From: Candidatus Falkowbacteria bacterium CG10_big_fil_rev_8_21_14_0_10_44_15
GTDB taxonomy: Bacteria; Patescibacteriota; Patescibacteriia; Patescibacteriales; XYC2-FULL-47-12
Assembly: GCA_002773575.1 (NCBI GenBank)
Contig: PFAT01000021.1
Span: 1 to 50,738 of the forward strand
DNA length: 50,738 bases
Direction of reading: 5' to 3'
Part shown: piece after piece, positions 33,233 through 42,756 of the stretch
How positions within the stretch are numbered: position 1 is the stretch's first letter
Layout of the letters: each line of letters begins with the position of its first letter
The notes under the pieces: generated by a model
The model's database searches: none
What the model saw: only the letters and a program-made list of their open reading frames with translations
Told to the model about the DNA's origin: nothing
Translations under genes and position numbers: made by a program

Positions 33233-34926
33233 AATATATCGCGGCTGTCGGTTTGCTGTTTTTGATTTTTATCTCCCTGCGTTTGCCGCTGCTTGATTTT
33301 ATTTATCATCAGGACGAACACAAATGGGCGCGCATAGTTAACCCGGTTTTTAGTTTGCAGGGAGAAAGCGTGCATCCGCCCCTAACGGAGATCACCTTCT
33401 ATTACTTTGGCGAATTGTTTGGTTACGATCATCTGCGCTGGCTTATATTGTTGTTCGCCGCCGCCTGCTTTTGGCTGATCTTTGCAATCGCGCGCGAACA
33501 CTATGGTCCCAAGGCAGCTTTATGCTCGCTATTGTTATTTGCCATAGTTCCTTACAGCGTAATTGCCTCCATCCAGGTTGATATTGACGGCGCCATTTTG
33601 CCGCTTTGGATTTTATTGACTTTTTGGAGTTTTGCTAAAATTGATTGGCCAAATTTTAATCAAAGCGTTGCTAACCGCCGCTGGCTGATAATTTTTAGTA
33701 TAGCCATTTTGGGCGGGCTGTTATCAAAAATAAGCTTTGTGCTGATAGCGCCGGGATTATTTTTTTATTATTTACATCGCTATCAGGCAGCTATTAACCG
33801 CCGTTTGTTCGCGCGGGTGTTTTATGTCAGTTTGGCCGTACTGGCCGCATTAGCCCTGATTTTATTGCTCCTGCATTGGCTGTACCCGCCGCTTTCACCG
33901 GTCAGATTTTTGGAGTATACCAGAAATTTTTCCTGGTTTAATTTTTCCAGCCGCAATTATTCCCAAGTTTTATTTTTAGTCGCCAAAGCCGCGTTGCTTT
34001 TGTCTCCTTTTTTGTTATTATTGTCAAACTTAAAAAATTTTGGGCGGCGGCACGAATTTTGGGCATGGTATATTATATCCGGATTGCTTTTTTATTTGGT
34101 GCTGTTTGATTTCAGCAACCGCACCATTGACCGCTACCTGATGTTTTTGATTTTACCGTTAGTGTTTATCGGTGGAGATGCGTTAGCGCGCTGGCTTAAT
34201 GAGGCAAAGAATTCGGCTGGGCGTTCTTTCGTAACAAACAGTTTAATAGCCAGCGGCATAGTTTTATTACCGCTCGGGGCGTGGCTGGCTTTATCTTATA
34301 ATAAGATTCTGCCGCTCGTGCCCAAAATCGCTTACCTGGAACAGATAAAAAATTTAGATTTTAGTTTTCTGTTGCCGTTCTCCAGCGGTTCCGGCCCGCT
34401 TGGTTTTTACATGTCCGCTAAATTTATTATCGTATTTTGGACTTTGTCTTTGTCGGCTATTTTAATTTTTTATAAATTTTCTCACGGCAAATTTAAAAAT
34501 ATAATGCTGACAACTTTTATGTCGCTTGCTTTAATTTATTGTTTATTTTTTAACTTTGAATTAGCTTACGGCTGGCTATATGGTTCCCCGGATAAAGCAG
34601 CCGTCAGCATTTTACAGGCAACCATAGCTAATAAAGAAATTGACAAAGTAATAACTTACAATGATACCGGCGTCTATGAATTAGCTAGCGCCGGCAAACA
34701 CGGAGGACGTTTTTATACTCAGCCGCTATTTGAGGATTCCAGCCGTAGACGGATGCGCGAATATCAAGGATATTTTACAGTAGTTGATTTTCCGGAAATT
34801 AATAAGCAATCGGTGTTTTGGCGGTATTTACAAAGTTGCGGCACTGTCGCGCAAGCAGAGGACAAAAGAGTCAACGGCTATATTTTTGATTGCCGGGGCG
34901 GAGACATTAATTTATTAAAAGAGTAG
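33166..34926 (+). CDS. GT-C fold membrane glycosyltransferase (PMT_2/ArnT-like)
   Basis: 586 aa and polytopic. The first loop reads YHQDEHKWARIV...SVHPPL (DE and HPPL motifs as in PMT/ArnT-type enzymes). The only ATG before the first TM helix gives a 67-nt overlap with the upstream methyltransferase. Confidence 0.65.
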   Translation: MAIKNHILSVRRFFAGSSKENLKYIAAVGLLFLIFISLRLPLLDFIYHQDEHKWARIVNPVFSLQGESVHPPLTEITFYYFGELFGYDHLRWLILLFAAACFWLIFAIAREHYGPKAALCSLLLFAIVPYSVIASIQVDIDGAILPLWILLTFWSFAKIDWPNFNQSVANRRWLIIFSIAILGGLLSKISFVLIAPGLFFYYLHRYQAAINRRLFARVFYVSLAVLAALALILLLLHWLYPPLSPVRFLEYTRNFSWFNFSSRNYSQVLFLVAKAALLLSPFLLLLSNLKNFGRRHEFWAWYIISGLLFYLVLFDFSNRTIDRYLMFLILPLVFIGGDALARWLNEAKNSAGRSFVTNSLIASGIVLLPLGAWLALSYNKILPLVPKIAYLEQIKNLDFSFLLPFSSGSGPLGFYMSAKFIIVFWTLSLSAILIFYKFSHGKFKNIMLTTFMSLALIYCLFFNFELAYGWLYGSPDKAAVSILQATIANKEIDKVITYNDTGVYELASAGKHGGRFYTQPLFEDSSRRRMREYQGYFTVVDFPEINKQSVFWRYLQSCGTVAQAEDKRVNGYIFDCRGGDINLLKE

Positions 34927-34934
34927 GTTGCTGT

Positions 34935-36026
34935 ATGAAAATTTGTTTTTTGACGCATAATGTGGATATAAAAAATGGCACTGGCAGACTTACTTTCGAA
35001 TTTATTGCGCAGTTAAAAAAGGCTCTGCCTCAGGCGGGAGTTTTAATTTTAACTACGGTAGGCAGCAGTTACGAGGGTGAGCGGGTTATCTTATATCCAA
35101 ACAAAATAAAATTACTGGTGTCTTTGCCAAAATTGAGAAAAATTTTTGAGCGCTACGATATTATTCATGCCTTTGACGGGTGGCCCTATGGCGTGATTTC
35201 CGCCTTAGCGCACTTGGGCTTAAAAAATAAATTAGTAATCACCGCCATCGGCAGCGGCTCTTTACAGCCGCTTTATCGGTGGCCAACAGGAATACTGAAA
35301 TGGGCGTACCGGCAGGCCAATGCGTTGGTAGCCATTAGTTCCTATACGGCTCGAGAAATAAAAAAGAAAGCGCCCATTGTAAATATAAAAGTTATTCCAC
35401 TTGGCATTAACTGCGAGTATTTTTTCGTTCAAGGAAATGACGAAAAACATTTAGAAGACATTAAAACTTTCCAGCCGTATCTGCTCTCGGTAGGCAGGTT
35501 AAAACCAAGGAAGGGTTACCATGTCAGTTTGCGAGTATTTGCGGCCCTGACCGCTCAACATCCCACTTTGCGTTATGTTATTATCGGCAGCGGTCGGGGA
35601 GGCTACTATAGTGAGTTGCAAAAAATTATTGCCGAATTAGGCATTGCTAATAAAGTATTATTTAAAGAAAATGTCAGCGATGAAGAGCTCGCTTTTTGGT
35701 ACCGGCAGGCAGAATTGTTTATGTTGCTGCCGCAGAATATCAACTACGATGTAGAAGGTTTCGGGCTGGTTTTTTTGGAAGCGGCTGCTTTTGGCTTGCC
35801 GGTAATCGGCGCTGCCGACAGCGGGGCCGAGGACGCGGTGTGGGACGGACAAAACGGATTTTTAGTAAAGCCCACTAATATTGCCGCCGCCGCCGCTAGA
35901 GTACAGGAGATACTAAATAATCAGGAGTTACGGCAAAAATTAAGCGTTAACTCAATGTTGTTTGCCAAAAAAATGTCCTGGGGGCATACTATTGATAGTT
36001 ATCTAAAATTATATCAATCTCTATGA
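34935..36026 (+). CDS. GT4-family glycosyltransferase
   Basis: GRLKPRKGYH, VIIGSGRGGY, DVEGFGLVFLEAAAFGLPVIGAADSGAEDAV. No repeat array. Confidence 0.85.
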   Translation: MKICFLTHNVDIKNGTGRLTFEFIAQLKKALPQAGVLILTTVGSSYEGERVILYPNKIKLLVSLPKLRKIFERYDIIHAFDGWPYGVISALAHLGLKNKLVITAIGSGSLQPLYRWPTGILKWAYRQANALVAISSYTAREIKKKAPIVNIKVIPLGINCEYFFVQGNDEKHLEDIKTFQPYLLSVGRLKPRKGYHVSLRVFAALTAQHPTLRYVIIGSGRGGYYSELQKIIAELGIANKVLFKENVSDEELAFWYRQAELFMLLPQNINYDVEGFGLVFLEAAAFGLPVIGAADSGAEDAVWDGQNGFLVKPTNIAAAAARVQEILNNQELRQKLSVNSMLFAKKMSWGHTIDSYLKLYQSL

Positions 36027-36649
36027 GTTATTATTCCGATACGCAGTACAAAGCCAAAGAAGATATTTGGTTTGAGCAGTTTTATTTTGAAAGATTTTTT
36101 AAGGGCAACCCAGGCCCAATTTTGGATGTAGGCTGCGCTACGGGAAATTTTATCGCAGTCAGGCCCGACATTATTGAAGGGATTGAAGTTGATGAAGATT
36201 CTTTGCACATCTGCCGTGAGCGCGGTTTTAAGGCAAAAAAAATAAATGTAGAAAATGAACTGGAAGCGTTGTCTGATAATTTCTATCAAGGCGTATATGT
36301 GAAACAGGTCGTTGAACATTTACATAACCCTTTGTATTTTTTTAAGCATCTTTACCGGATGCTGAAGCCGGGCGGTAAAGCAGTAATTTTAACTCCCAAT
36401 TGCCCTTACGCCTTAAACAGATTTTTTTGGGACGATTATACGCACGAGCGGCCATTTACCCAAGAAAGCTTAAAGCGCATCGCGCTGGACGCCGGTTGGC
36501 AAAAAATAAAAATTTATGCCGATTTTCGCTGTTTTCCCGGATTAGGAAAACTAATCAGATTGTTTGACCTATCGCCGAAGTTTATTAGCGCAGCGCAGAA
36601 TCTTTTTTTTATCAGGGGGTTGAGTTTAATTATGGAATTAGAGAAATAA
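36023..36649 (+). CDS. Class I SAM-dependent methyltransferase
   Basis: ILDVGCATGN, VYVKQVVEHLHNP, MLKPGGKAVILTPN. Overlaps the upstream stop. Confidence 0.75.
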   Translation: MSYYSDTQYKAKEDIWFEQFYFERFFKGNPGPILDVGCATGNFIAVRPDIIEGIEVDEDSLHICRERGFKAKKINVENELEALSDNFYQGVYVKQVVEHLHNPLYFFKHLYRMLKPGGKAVILTPNCPYALNRFFWDDYTHERPFTQESLKRIALDAGWQKIKIYADFRCFPGLGKLIRLFDLSPKFISAAQNLFFIRGLSLIMELEK

Positions 36650-36653
36650 ATAG

Positions 36654-37796
36654 ATGACCACAGCTAATTTATCGCGCCGGAAATTAATATATCTCGCAGA
36701 CATGCGCCTGCCGACTGATTGGGCGCACGGTATCCAAATAATGAAAATGTGCGAGTCGTTCGCTTTGGCCGGCATAGCCGTGGAATTAGTTGTGCCGCGG
36801 CGTTTTAACAAAATCAAACAAGATCCTTTTTCATATTATAACATCCGGCATCGCTTCAAAATTACCAAATTGCCCTGTATTGATTTGATGCCGCTGTCAA
36901 ATAGCGCCTTTATTTTTTTATTGCAAAAATTTAGCTTTTTAATTAGCGCGCGAGTTTACCTTAGCTTTAAAAAATTTTATATTTTGTACACTCGCGAACA
37001 TTGGGCCGGCTTATTTTTCCCAAAGGTTGCTTTGGAAATCCATGTTTTGCCTGTTAAAATAAAAACCATAGATATTGCCATCTGGCGCCGAGCAAGGGCA
37101 TTGATAGTTTTAACGAATTTTATTAAACAAAAGATAGTAGCGGCGCGAATTGCGGCAGACAAAATTTTAATTGCGCCGGATGGAGTAGACGCGGCTGACT
37201 TTAATTTGCCGCTATCGCCGGCACAAGCAAGACAAGCATTAGATTTGCCGGCGGACAAAAAGTTAGTTATTTATAGTGGTAGCTTGAGCTTATACTCCTG
37301 GAAAGGAGTTGACATACTACTAAAGGCGGCTCACTATTTGCCTGACAATGTTCTAGTCGTTTTAGTAGGGGGAAGTGAAGCGGAAATTCAGAGCATAAAA
37401 AGCAAAATAACTACCGACAATGTTTTATTAGTCGGCCGCCAACCATACGCTAAAATACCATATTATCTAAAGGCAGCGGATGTTTTGGCGTTGCCGAATA
37501 AATCCGGAGATGTAATGTCGGAACAATACACCTCGCCTTTAAAAATGTTTGAATATATGGCGAGCGGCCGGCCGATTGTGGCTAGTGATCTGCCATCACT
37601 GCGGGAAGTTTTGAATGAAGATAATGCCCTGCTCGTTCCGCCCGGTGATCCGTTGGCCTTGGCGCGCGGTATCATGCAGACGGTGAATGATAGGGAAACA
37701 GCCGAACATCGGGCCGCGCGGGCTTGCCAAGATGTTGAGCGGTATAGTTGGCAGAAGCGGGCTCAAAATATATTAAATTTGATACAAAGTAAATGA
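36654..37796 (+). CDS. GT4-family glycosyltransferase
   Basis: PDGVD, SGSLSLYSWKG, SEQYTSPLKMFEYMASGRPIVASDLPSLREVL. Confidence 0.8.
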   Translation: MTTANLSRRKLIYLADMRLPTDWAHGIQIMKMCESFALAGIAVELVVPRRFNKIKQDPFSYYNIRHRFKITKLPCIDLMPLSNSAFIFLLQKFSFLISARVYLSFKKFYILYTREHWAGLFFPKVALEIHVLPVKIKTIDIAIWRRARALIVLTNFIKQKIVAARIAADKILIAPDGVDAADFNLPLSPAQARQALDLPADKKLVIYSGSLSLYSWKGVDILLKAAHYLPDNVLVVLVGGSEAEIQSIKSKITTDNVLLVGRQPYAKIPYYLKAADVLALPNKSGDVMSEQYTSPLKMFEYMASGRPIVASDLPSLREVLNEDNALLVPPGDPLALARGIMQTVNDRETAEHRAARACQDVERYSWQKRAQNILNLIQSK

Positions 37797-38509
37797 AAAA
37801 TTTAATTATTATCCCAACATATAACGAGAGGAAAAATATCGCGCCGCTCATTAGGGAAATTTTTGCAATTACTCCGGATATGTATGTCATGGTAGTAGAC
37901 GATAACTCGCCTGACAAGACCTACGAGCTGGTACAGGAGCTTATGATCAGTTGGACGAGATTGTCACTATTGTTAAGGGAGAAAAAAGAGGGCTTGCGCA
38001 AGGCGTATGTGCACGCTTTTGAAAAGGCGCTGAACGATGTTGAGGTGGGAAATATAATTATGATGGACGCTGATTTTTCCCATGATCCAAAGTATATACC
38101 TAAATTTTTAGAGGTGTTAAATAATTTTGATGCAGTTGTGGGCTCTAGATACGCGCCGGCGGGCGGCACTGAAGGCTGGGCGTTATGGCGGCGCTTATTA
38201 AGCAGATATGGAAATAAATATGCGCGAAGCGTTATCGGCCTGCCGGTGCATGATTGCACGGGAGGTTTTAATGCTATGAGGACATCTATTTTAAGAAATA
38301 TAAATTTAGACGATCTTGATATGTCAGGGTACGCATTTTTAATTGAGTTAAAATATCTTTTGTGGAAATCAGGAGCGCGTCTGACAGAAATTCCCATCAT
38401 TTTTAAGAACCGTCGGGAAGAGAAATCAAAAATGTCCAGCCACATTATAAGGGAAGGCCTGCTAGCTCCTTGGTATATAAGAAAAAAGAAGTATAATTTT
38501 CATGATTGA
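37793..38509 (+). CDS. GT2 polyprenyl-phosphate mannose/hexose synthase (Dpm1/Ppm1-like, soluble type)
   Basis: IIIPTYNERKNIAPLI, VVDDNSPDKT, MDADFSHDPKYIP, GGFNAMR. Confidence 0.85.
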   Translation: MKNLIIIPTYNERKNIAPLIREIFAITPDMYVMVVDDNSPDKTYELVQELMISWTRLSLLLREKKEGLRKAYVHAFEKALNDVEVGNIIMMDADFSHDPKYIPKFLEVLNNFDAVVGSRYAPAGGTEGWALWRRLLSRYGNKYARSVIGLPVHDCTGGFNAMRTSILRNINLDDLDMSGYAFLIELKYLLWKSGARLTEIPIIFKNRREEKSKMSSHIIREGLLAPWYIRKKKYNFHD

Positions 38510-40307
38510 TATGCAGTTACAGATTTTTTTAAAAAAATACCGCTACTTTATTGCTCTATTAGCAGTTGTGGTAATTATTATTGCCACGGCTTTAATCTTG
38601 ATATTTGCGACCGTTGAGTCTGGTTGGGAGGGCGTGCCGCTGCAGTTTACCGGCGACAGTTATTTTTATTATGCCCGTCTGAAAGAAATATTTGATGGCC
38701 ACCCGTTTATCGGCAACCCGTTTTATATTGAGCATAACAATGAACTGGCGCCGGCTTTTTTTGTGGCCGATTGGCTGGCGGCAGCGCCCTTATTTTTAGG
38801 ACTATCCATTAGCGGGACGGTTATATTTAATTTATTTTTTTGGTCGCTTTTGTTTGTGGCGCTTTTTTATTTGATATTGCGTCTTAGCGGCGTGTCGGAG
38901 AAGTTGTCTTTTATAGGCGCTTTATTGGGCTATGCCGCCTCTTTTTCCATGTTGGCCAGAGCCGTTTCTCTGCAAACTGTTTTTCCGGCGTTTTTGGGCT
39001 TTTTGTTGGCAATGATTATATGGCAAAAATATCCCACCAATAAAAAAGCGACATTTTGTGTGGCCTTAACCATGACGGCATCAGTTTATGTCTACACATA
39101 TTTATCGCAGATAATAGTTGTGTTTATTCCGCTTCTGCTTTTGTACTTGTATGTTAAGCGCCGCCGCATTGAGGCGTTTTATTTGTTTTTGGCTTGTGTC
39201 TTGGCGTTTATATTATCCCTGCCTTTTATTATTTATACTTGGCGTCAAATTAATTCCCCTTATTTTTGGGAAACAATGGAGCGAGTCGGTTTGGTCTATA
39301 CGCACTTGCCGGCGTTTAATTTTGTTACAGCCGGTTTTTGGGCGGTGGCTATGATAGTTTTATTACTTTTATCTTGGCGTTGGTTGCCCGTGTTGCGTCA
39401 TGACGGAGCATACGTCAAATTTTTAAACCTGTTTTCCTTAAGCGGTTTGGCTATGGTTATCACTTCGGGCAGTAACATTATTACCGGTAAAGAGTCGGAA
39501 AATTCCCAGCACATTGAACGGTTTATGATAGTGTGGTTGGTTATGACTTTGATTATTTTTCTATCTCACACATTAAAATACAGACAATCGTTTTGGCAGA
39601 TGCATCCAATACGGCGAGTGGTTTTGACAGTACTGTTTTTAATAGCCGGTGTTGGTGTTGTGGTATATGCGCGGGAGGGGTTTAGTATAGTTTCTATGGT
39701 GCGTGATAACAGACAGAGTGTTGTTGAGCGACAGTCGTATGCGGCACCCTTGCGTTGGCTTGAAGATAATAGTATTGAACCAGCTGTCATATGGACTATT
39801 GGCGCTGATGATGTAAATAATTATGTTACTATAATGACGAAACACTATGTATTTTTCGTGCCTTCCGCGCTCACATACTTATTATCAGATGCGGAACATG
39901 CCGAGAGATATCTTGCTTATCATTTTTTTGATAATTTAGAGCAAGCAGATATTGAAAGAGATTTTTGGTCGTATGCGGGCGTAGCCCATGCTGTTCACCA
40001 ACATAAAGTATACAACCGCCGAGTGCGCGTATGCCGGTTGCTATTACTTGATAAAATGGGTTATAATTGTGGAGAGTTGACTGATTCCATTGCATTTCAA
40101 GGCAGAGATTTCTTTCAAAATTTGTATAACCAGTATGTGAAAGAAATTAAGCCCAACATAGTCCAAAAGTTGCAAAAATACCAAGTGTCATATATATTGG
40201 TTGACGGTTTATATTATCCTAACATGGCAGATAATTTTGCCATGGCTGGCATAAACAGCACCTTGGCGTACCGGGATAATAGATTCAGTATTTATATCAT
40301 TAAATAG
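38502..40307 (+). CDS. Uncharacterised polytopic membrane protein with C-terminal soluble domain (candidate GT-C-type transferase)
   Basis: 601 aa with ~12 hydrophobic helices. The conserved first loop reads GDSYFYYARLKEIFDGHPFIGNPFY. It is a paralogue of 42757-44595 and follows a Dpm1-like GT2 with an overlapping start. Confidence 0.7.
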   Translation: MIDMQLQIFLKKYRYFIALLAVVVIIIATALILIFATVESGWEGVPLQFTGDSYFYYARLKEIFDGHPFIGNPFYIEHNNELAPAFFVADWLAAAPLFLGLSISGTVIFNLFFWSLLFVALFYLILRLSGVSEKLSFIGALLGYAASFSMLARAVSLQTVFPAFLGFLLAMIIWQKYPTNKKATFCVALTMTASVYVYTYLSQIIVVFIPLLLLYLYVKRRRIEAFYLFLACVLAFILSLPFIIYTWRQINSPYFWETMERVGLVYTHLPAFNFVTAGFWAVAMIVLLLLSWRWLPVLRHDGAYVKFLNLFSLSGLAMVITSGSNIITGKESENSQHIERFMIVWLVMTLIIFLSHTLKYRQSFWQMHPIRRVVLTVLFLIAGVGVVVYAREGFSIVSMVRDNRQSVVERQSYAAPLRWLEDNSIEPAVIWTIGADDVNNYVTIMTKHYVFFVPSALTYLLSDAEHAERYLAYHFFDNLEQADIERDFWSYAGVAHAVHQHKVYNRRVRVCRLLLLDKMGYNCGELTDSIAFQGRDFFQNLYNQYVKEIKPNIVQKLQKYQVSYILVDGLYYPNMADNFAMAGINSTLAYRDNRFSIYIIK

Positions 40308-40319
40308 AAATTGTTAATT

Positions 40320-41039
40320 ATGACCACCATAAACTCCATTTCCATTTTTTTCCCCTGCTATAATGATAAAGGCACTGTTGAGAAGCTTTTAAATGATTCT
40401 GTTGCCACAATTAATAAGTTAGGAGTAGAGGATTACGAAATTATTTTTATTGATGATGGTTCAACTGACGGCGCGCGAGAATTACTGGCGTCACTACAGG
40501 GGAGAACGCCTAACTTCAAAGTGATTTTGCACGAAAAAAATTTCGGCTATGGCAGAGTGCTTAGAAGCGGTTTTGCGGCCGCCAGCAAGGAATGGATATT
40601 TTATTCTGATGGTGATGCCCAATATGACGTTAAAGAATTGCCCCTGCTTATTAGTGCATTGGAAGAAGGCGTAGATTTCGTGAGCGGTTATAAAATGAAA
40701 AGAAACGATTCTTTGAGCAGAATTATTCTTGGTAAAGTATATCAATGGGGAATTAAAATTATTTTTATGCTCAAAATCAGAGATGTTGACTGCAACTTTC
40801 GTTTAATTAGGAAATATAAAATGGACCAAATAACTCTTAGAAGTGATAGCGGCAGTGTTTGTTTAGAATTAGTTAAAAAATTGCAGAATGCCAAGGCAAT
40901 TATGCGGCAAGTACCAGTACATCACTATTCCCGCATTTACGGCCATTCACAGTTTTTCAATATCAAAAGAATAAATACTATGGTTATTACCTTGTTTAAA
41001 TTGTGGTGGCCTTTGGTAATTTTGAAAAAGACAAAGTAA
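40320..41039 (+). CDS. GT2 glycosyltransferase (polyprenyl-phosphate type)
   Basis: The start is taken at ATG 40320 (MTTINSISIFFPCYND); the track start at 40311 is TTG. Motifs are YEIIFIDDGSTDGA and YSDGDAQYD. Confidence 0.8.
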   Translation: MTTINSISIFFPCYNDKGTVEKLLNDSVATINKLGVEDYEIIFIDDGSTDGARELLASLQGRTPNFKVILHEKNFGYGRVLRSGFAAASKEWIFYSDGDAQYDVKELPLLISALEEGVDFVSGYKMKRNDSLSRIILGKVYQWGIKIIFMLKIRDVDCNFRLIRKYKMDQITLRSDSGSVCLELVKKLQNAKAIMRQVPVHHYSRIYGHSQFFNIKRINTMVITLFKLWWPLVILKKTK

Positions 41040-41049
41040 AATTAATTTT

Positions 41050-41634
41050 ATGATAAATAAATTTATTAATTTTTTGGCGCAACGGCCGGTTGTTTTGAAT
41101 TTTTTAAGAGCTGTATTAGAAAATAATCATCGCGGCGAAAAAGAAGTGATTAAGCGTGAGTTGCCCGCTAGATTGTCGCAACGAGTGTTTGATTTGGGTT
41201 GTGGTACTGGCACTTATTCGCCCTTGTTTGGACCGGAGTATGTCGGAATTGATATTTCCAAAATTTATATAGATTATGCTAAGCGGCATTATGCCAAAAA
41301 TTTTTATGTAATGGATGGTAAAAAAATAAATTTTCCCAGCCAGTCTTTTGATATTATTTGGGTCAATGGCGTCTTTCATCATCTTGATGATACTTCTGCT
41401 TTGGCGATTCTTAGTGAAATGAAGCGTTTATTAAAAGTTGGCGGTAGGGCAGTGGTAATGGAAGATGTGCCTTCCAAAACAATTTTTTCTAAAATTCTAG
41501 CCCCTTTGGATTTGGGCGACAATATCCGTCCGCCTATGGATTATCGTCGCCTGTGGGAAAAATATTTCGTTGTCCAAAAAGAATATCCAGTGCGTACCGG
41601 CATCTGCGACTTTCAAGTTTTTGTTTTAACTTGA
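41050..41634 (+). CDS. Class I SAM-dependent methyltransferase
   Basis: VFDLGCGTG, FDIIWVNGVFHHLDD, LLKVGGRAVVME. Confidence 0.8.
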   Translation: MINKFINFLAQRPVVLNFLRAVLENNHRGEKEVIKRELPARLSQRVFDLGCGTGTYSPLFGPEYVGIDISKIYIDYAKRHYAKNFYVMDGKKINFPSQSFDIIWVNGVFHHLDDTSALAILSEMKRLLKVGGRAVVMEDVPSKTIFSKILAPLDLGDNIRPPMDYRRLWEKYFVVQKEYPVRTGICDFQVFVLT

Positions 41635-41651
41635 TTCATTGCTTAAAAGTT

Positions 41652-42740
41652 ATGATTTATGTTACGCGGCCGACCATGCCCGATATCAATGAGTTTATTG
41701 GTTATACTAAGAAGATTTGGCAGAATAGATGGCTGACTAATCACGGGGAATTTGTTAATTTATTGGAAAAAAAACTAAAACACTACCTGGCGGTAGCTGA
41801 TTTGCTGTGCGTGACTAACGGCACTATCGCTTTGCAAATCGCCTTAAAGTTGTATGACTTTAAACCTGGTTCGGAAATTATCACTACCCCTTTCAGTTTT
41901 ATTGCCACTACCAACGCCATTTTGAACGAAAAGTTGCGGCCGGTTTTTGCTGATATTGATGGGGGAACTTTTAATCTGGATCCTCGCCAGGTGGAAAAAA
42001 AAATTGCTCCGAACACCAAGGCCATTTTAGCCACTCATGTCTACGGCAATCCCAGCGATGTAGTTGGTTTGCAGAGGATAGCCAATAAATACCACTTAAA
42101 AGTAATTTATGATGCGGCGCATGCTTTTGGCGTGCAGTATAAGTCGCAATCAATTCTCAACTTCGGTGATGTTTCTACTTTAAGTTTCCATGCTACTAAA
42201 GTTTTTAATACCATTGAAGGGGGCGCGCTCGTTGTCAGAAACGCCGCCTTGTCTAAAAAAATTAAGTTATTAAGAGATTTTGGCATTGTTTCAGAAGAAA
42301 AAAACATTTTAGCCGGCTTAAACGGCAAGATGAATGAGTTTCAAGCTATTATGGGTTTGTGCAATTTAGACAGTATTGACCAAATAATTAAAGAACGAAA
42401 AAGTATTTACGAACATTATGTAGAGGGGTTAGCCAATAGTAAAGTAAAATTCCAAAGCATTACCGCCAGTCGTTATAATTATAGCTATATGCCCGTTTGT
42501 TTCGTAAACAAACACAAACGGGATAAAGTATGCAATGCTTTGCTTCGGCATGGTATCATGGCCAGAAAATATTTTTATCCTTTAATAACCGATTTTAATT
42601 ATGTCAAGTATTTTGTCAGAAGGAATGAATTAAAGAACGCTGTTCTAGCGGCGGATACTGTATTATGCCTGCCGCTTTATCCAGATTTAAATTTAGGAAC
42701 AGTAGATAGAATTATAAGGATTGTAAAAAATAATATTTAA
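41652..42740 (+). CDS. DegT/DnrJ/EryC1/StrS-family PLP-dependent sugar aminotransferase
   Basis: The start is taken at ATG 41652 (MIYVTRPTMPD). The track's 41553 start overlaps the methyltransferase. Motifs are VTNGTIALQIAL, DAAHAFG and the catalytic-Lys motif SFHATKVFNTIEGG. Confidence 0.85.
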   Translation: MIYVTRPTMPDINEFIGYTKKIWQNRWLTNHGEFVNLLEKKLKHYLAVADLLCVTNGTIALQIALKLYDFKPGSEIITTPFSFIATTNAILNEKLRPVFADIDGGTFNLDPRQVEKKIAPNTKAILATHVYGNPSDVVGLQRIANKYHLKVIYDAAHAFGVQYKSQSILNFGDVSTLSFHATKVFNTIEGGALVVRNAALSKKIKLLRDFGIVSEEKNILAGLNGKMNEFQAIMGLCNLDSIDQIIKERKSIYEHYVEGLANSKVKFQSITASRYNYSYMPVCFVNKHKRDKVCNALLRHGIMARKYFYPLITDFNYVKYFVRRNELKNAVLAADTVLCLPLYPDLNLGTVDRIIRIVKNNI

Positions 42741-42756
42741 TAATGATAATTTTTAT

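Noticed and set aside
37921-38445. 174-aa antisense ORF within the Dpm1-like GT2 gene, and similar shadows (2435-2905, 20826-21249, 22389-22730, 45540-45869)
   Set aside because: Each is fully overlapped by a sense gene with diagnostic catalytic motifs. No independent evidence supports them.
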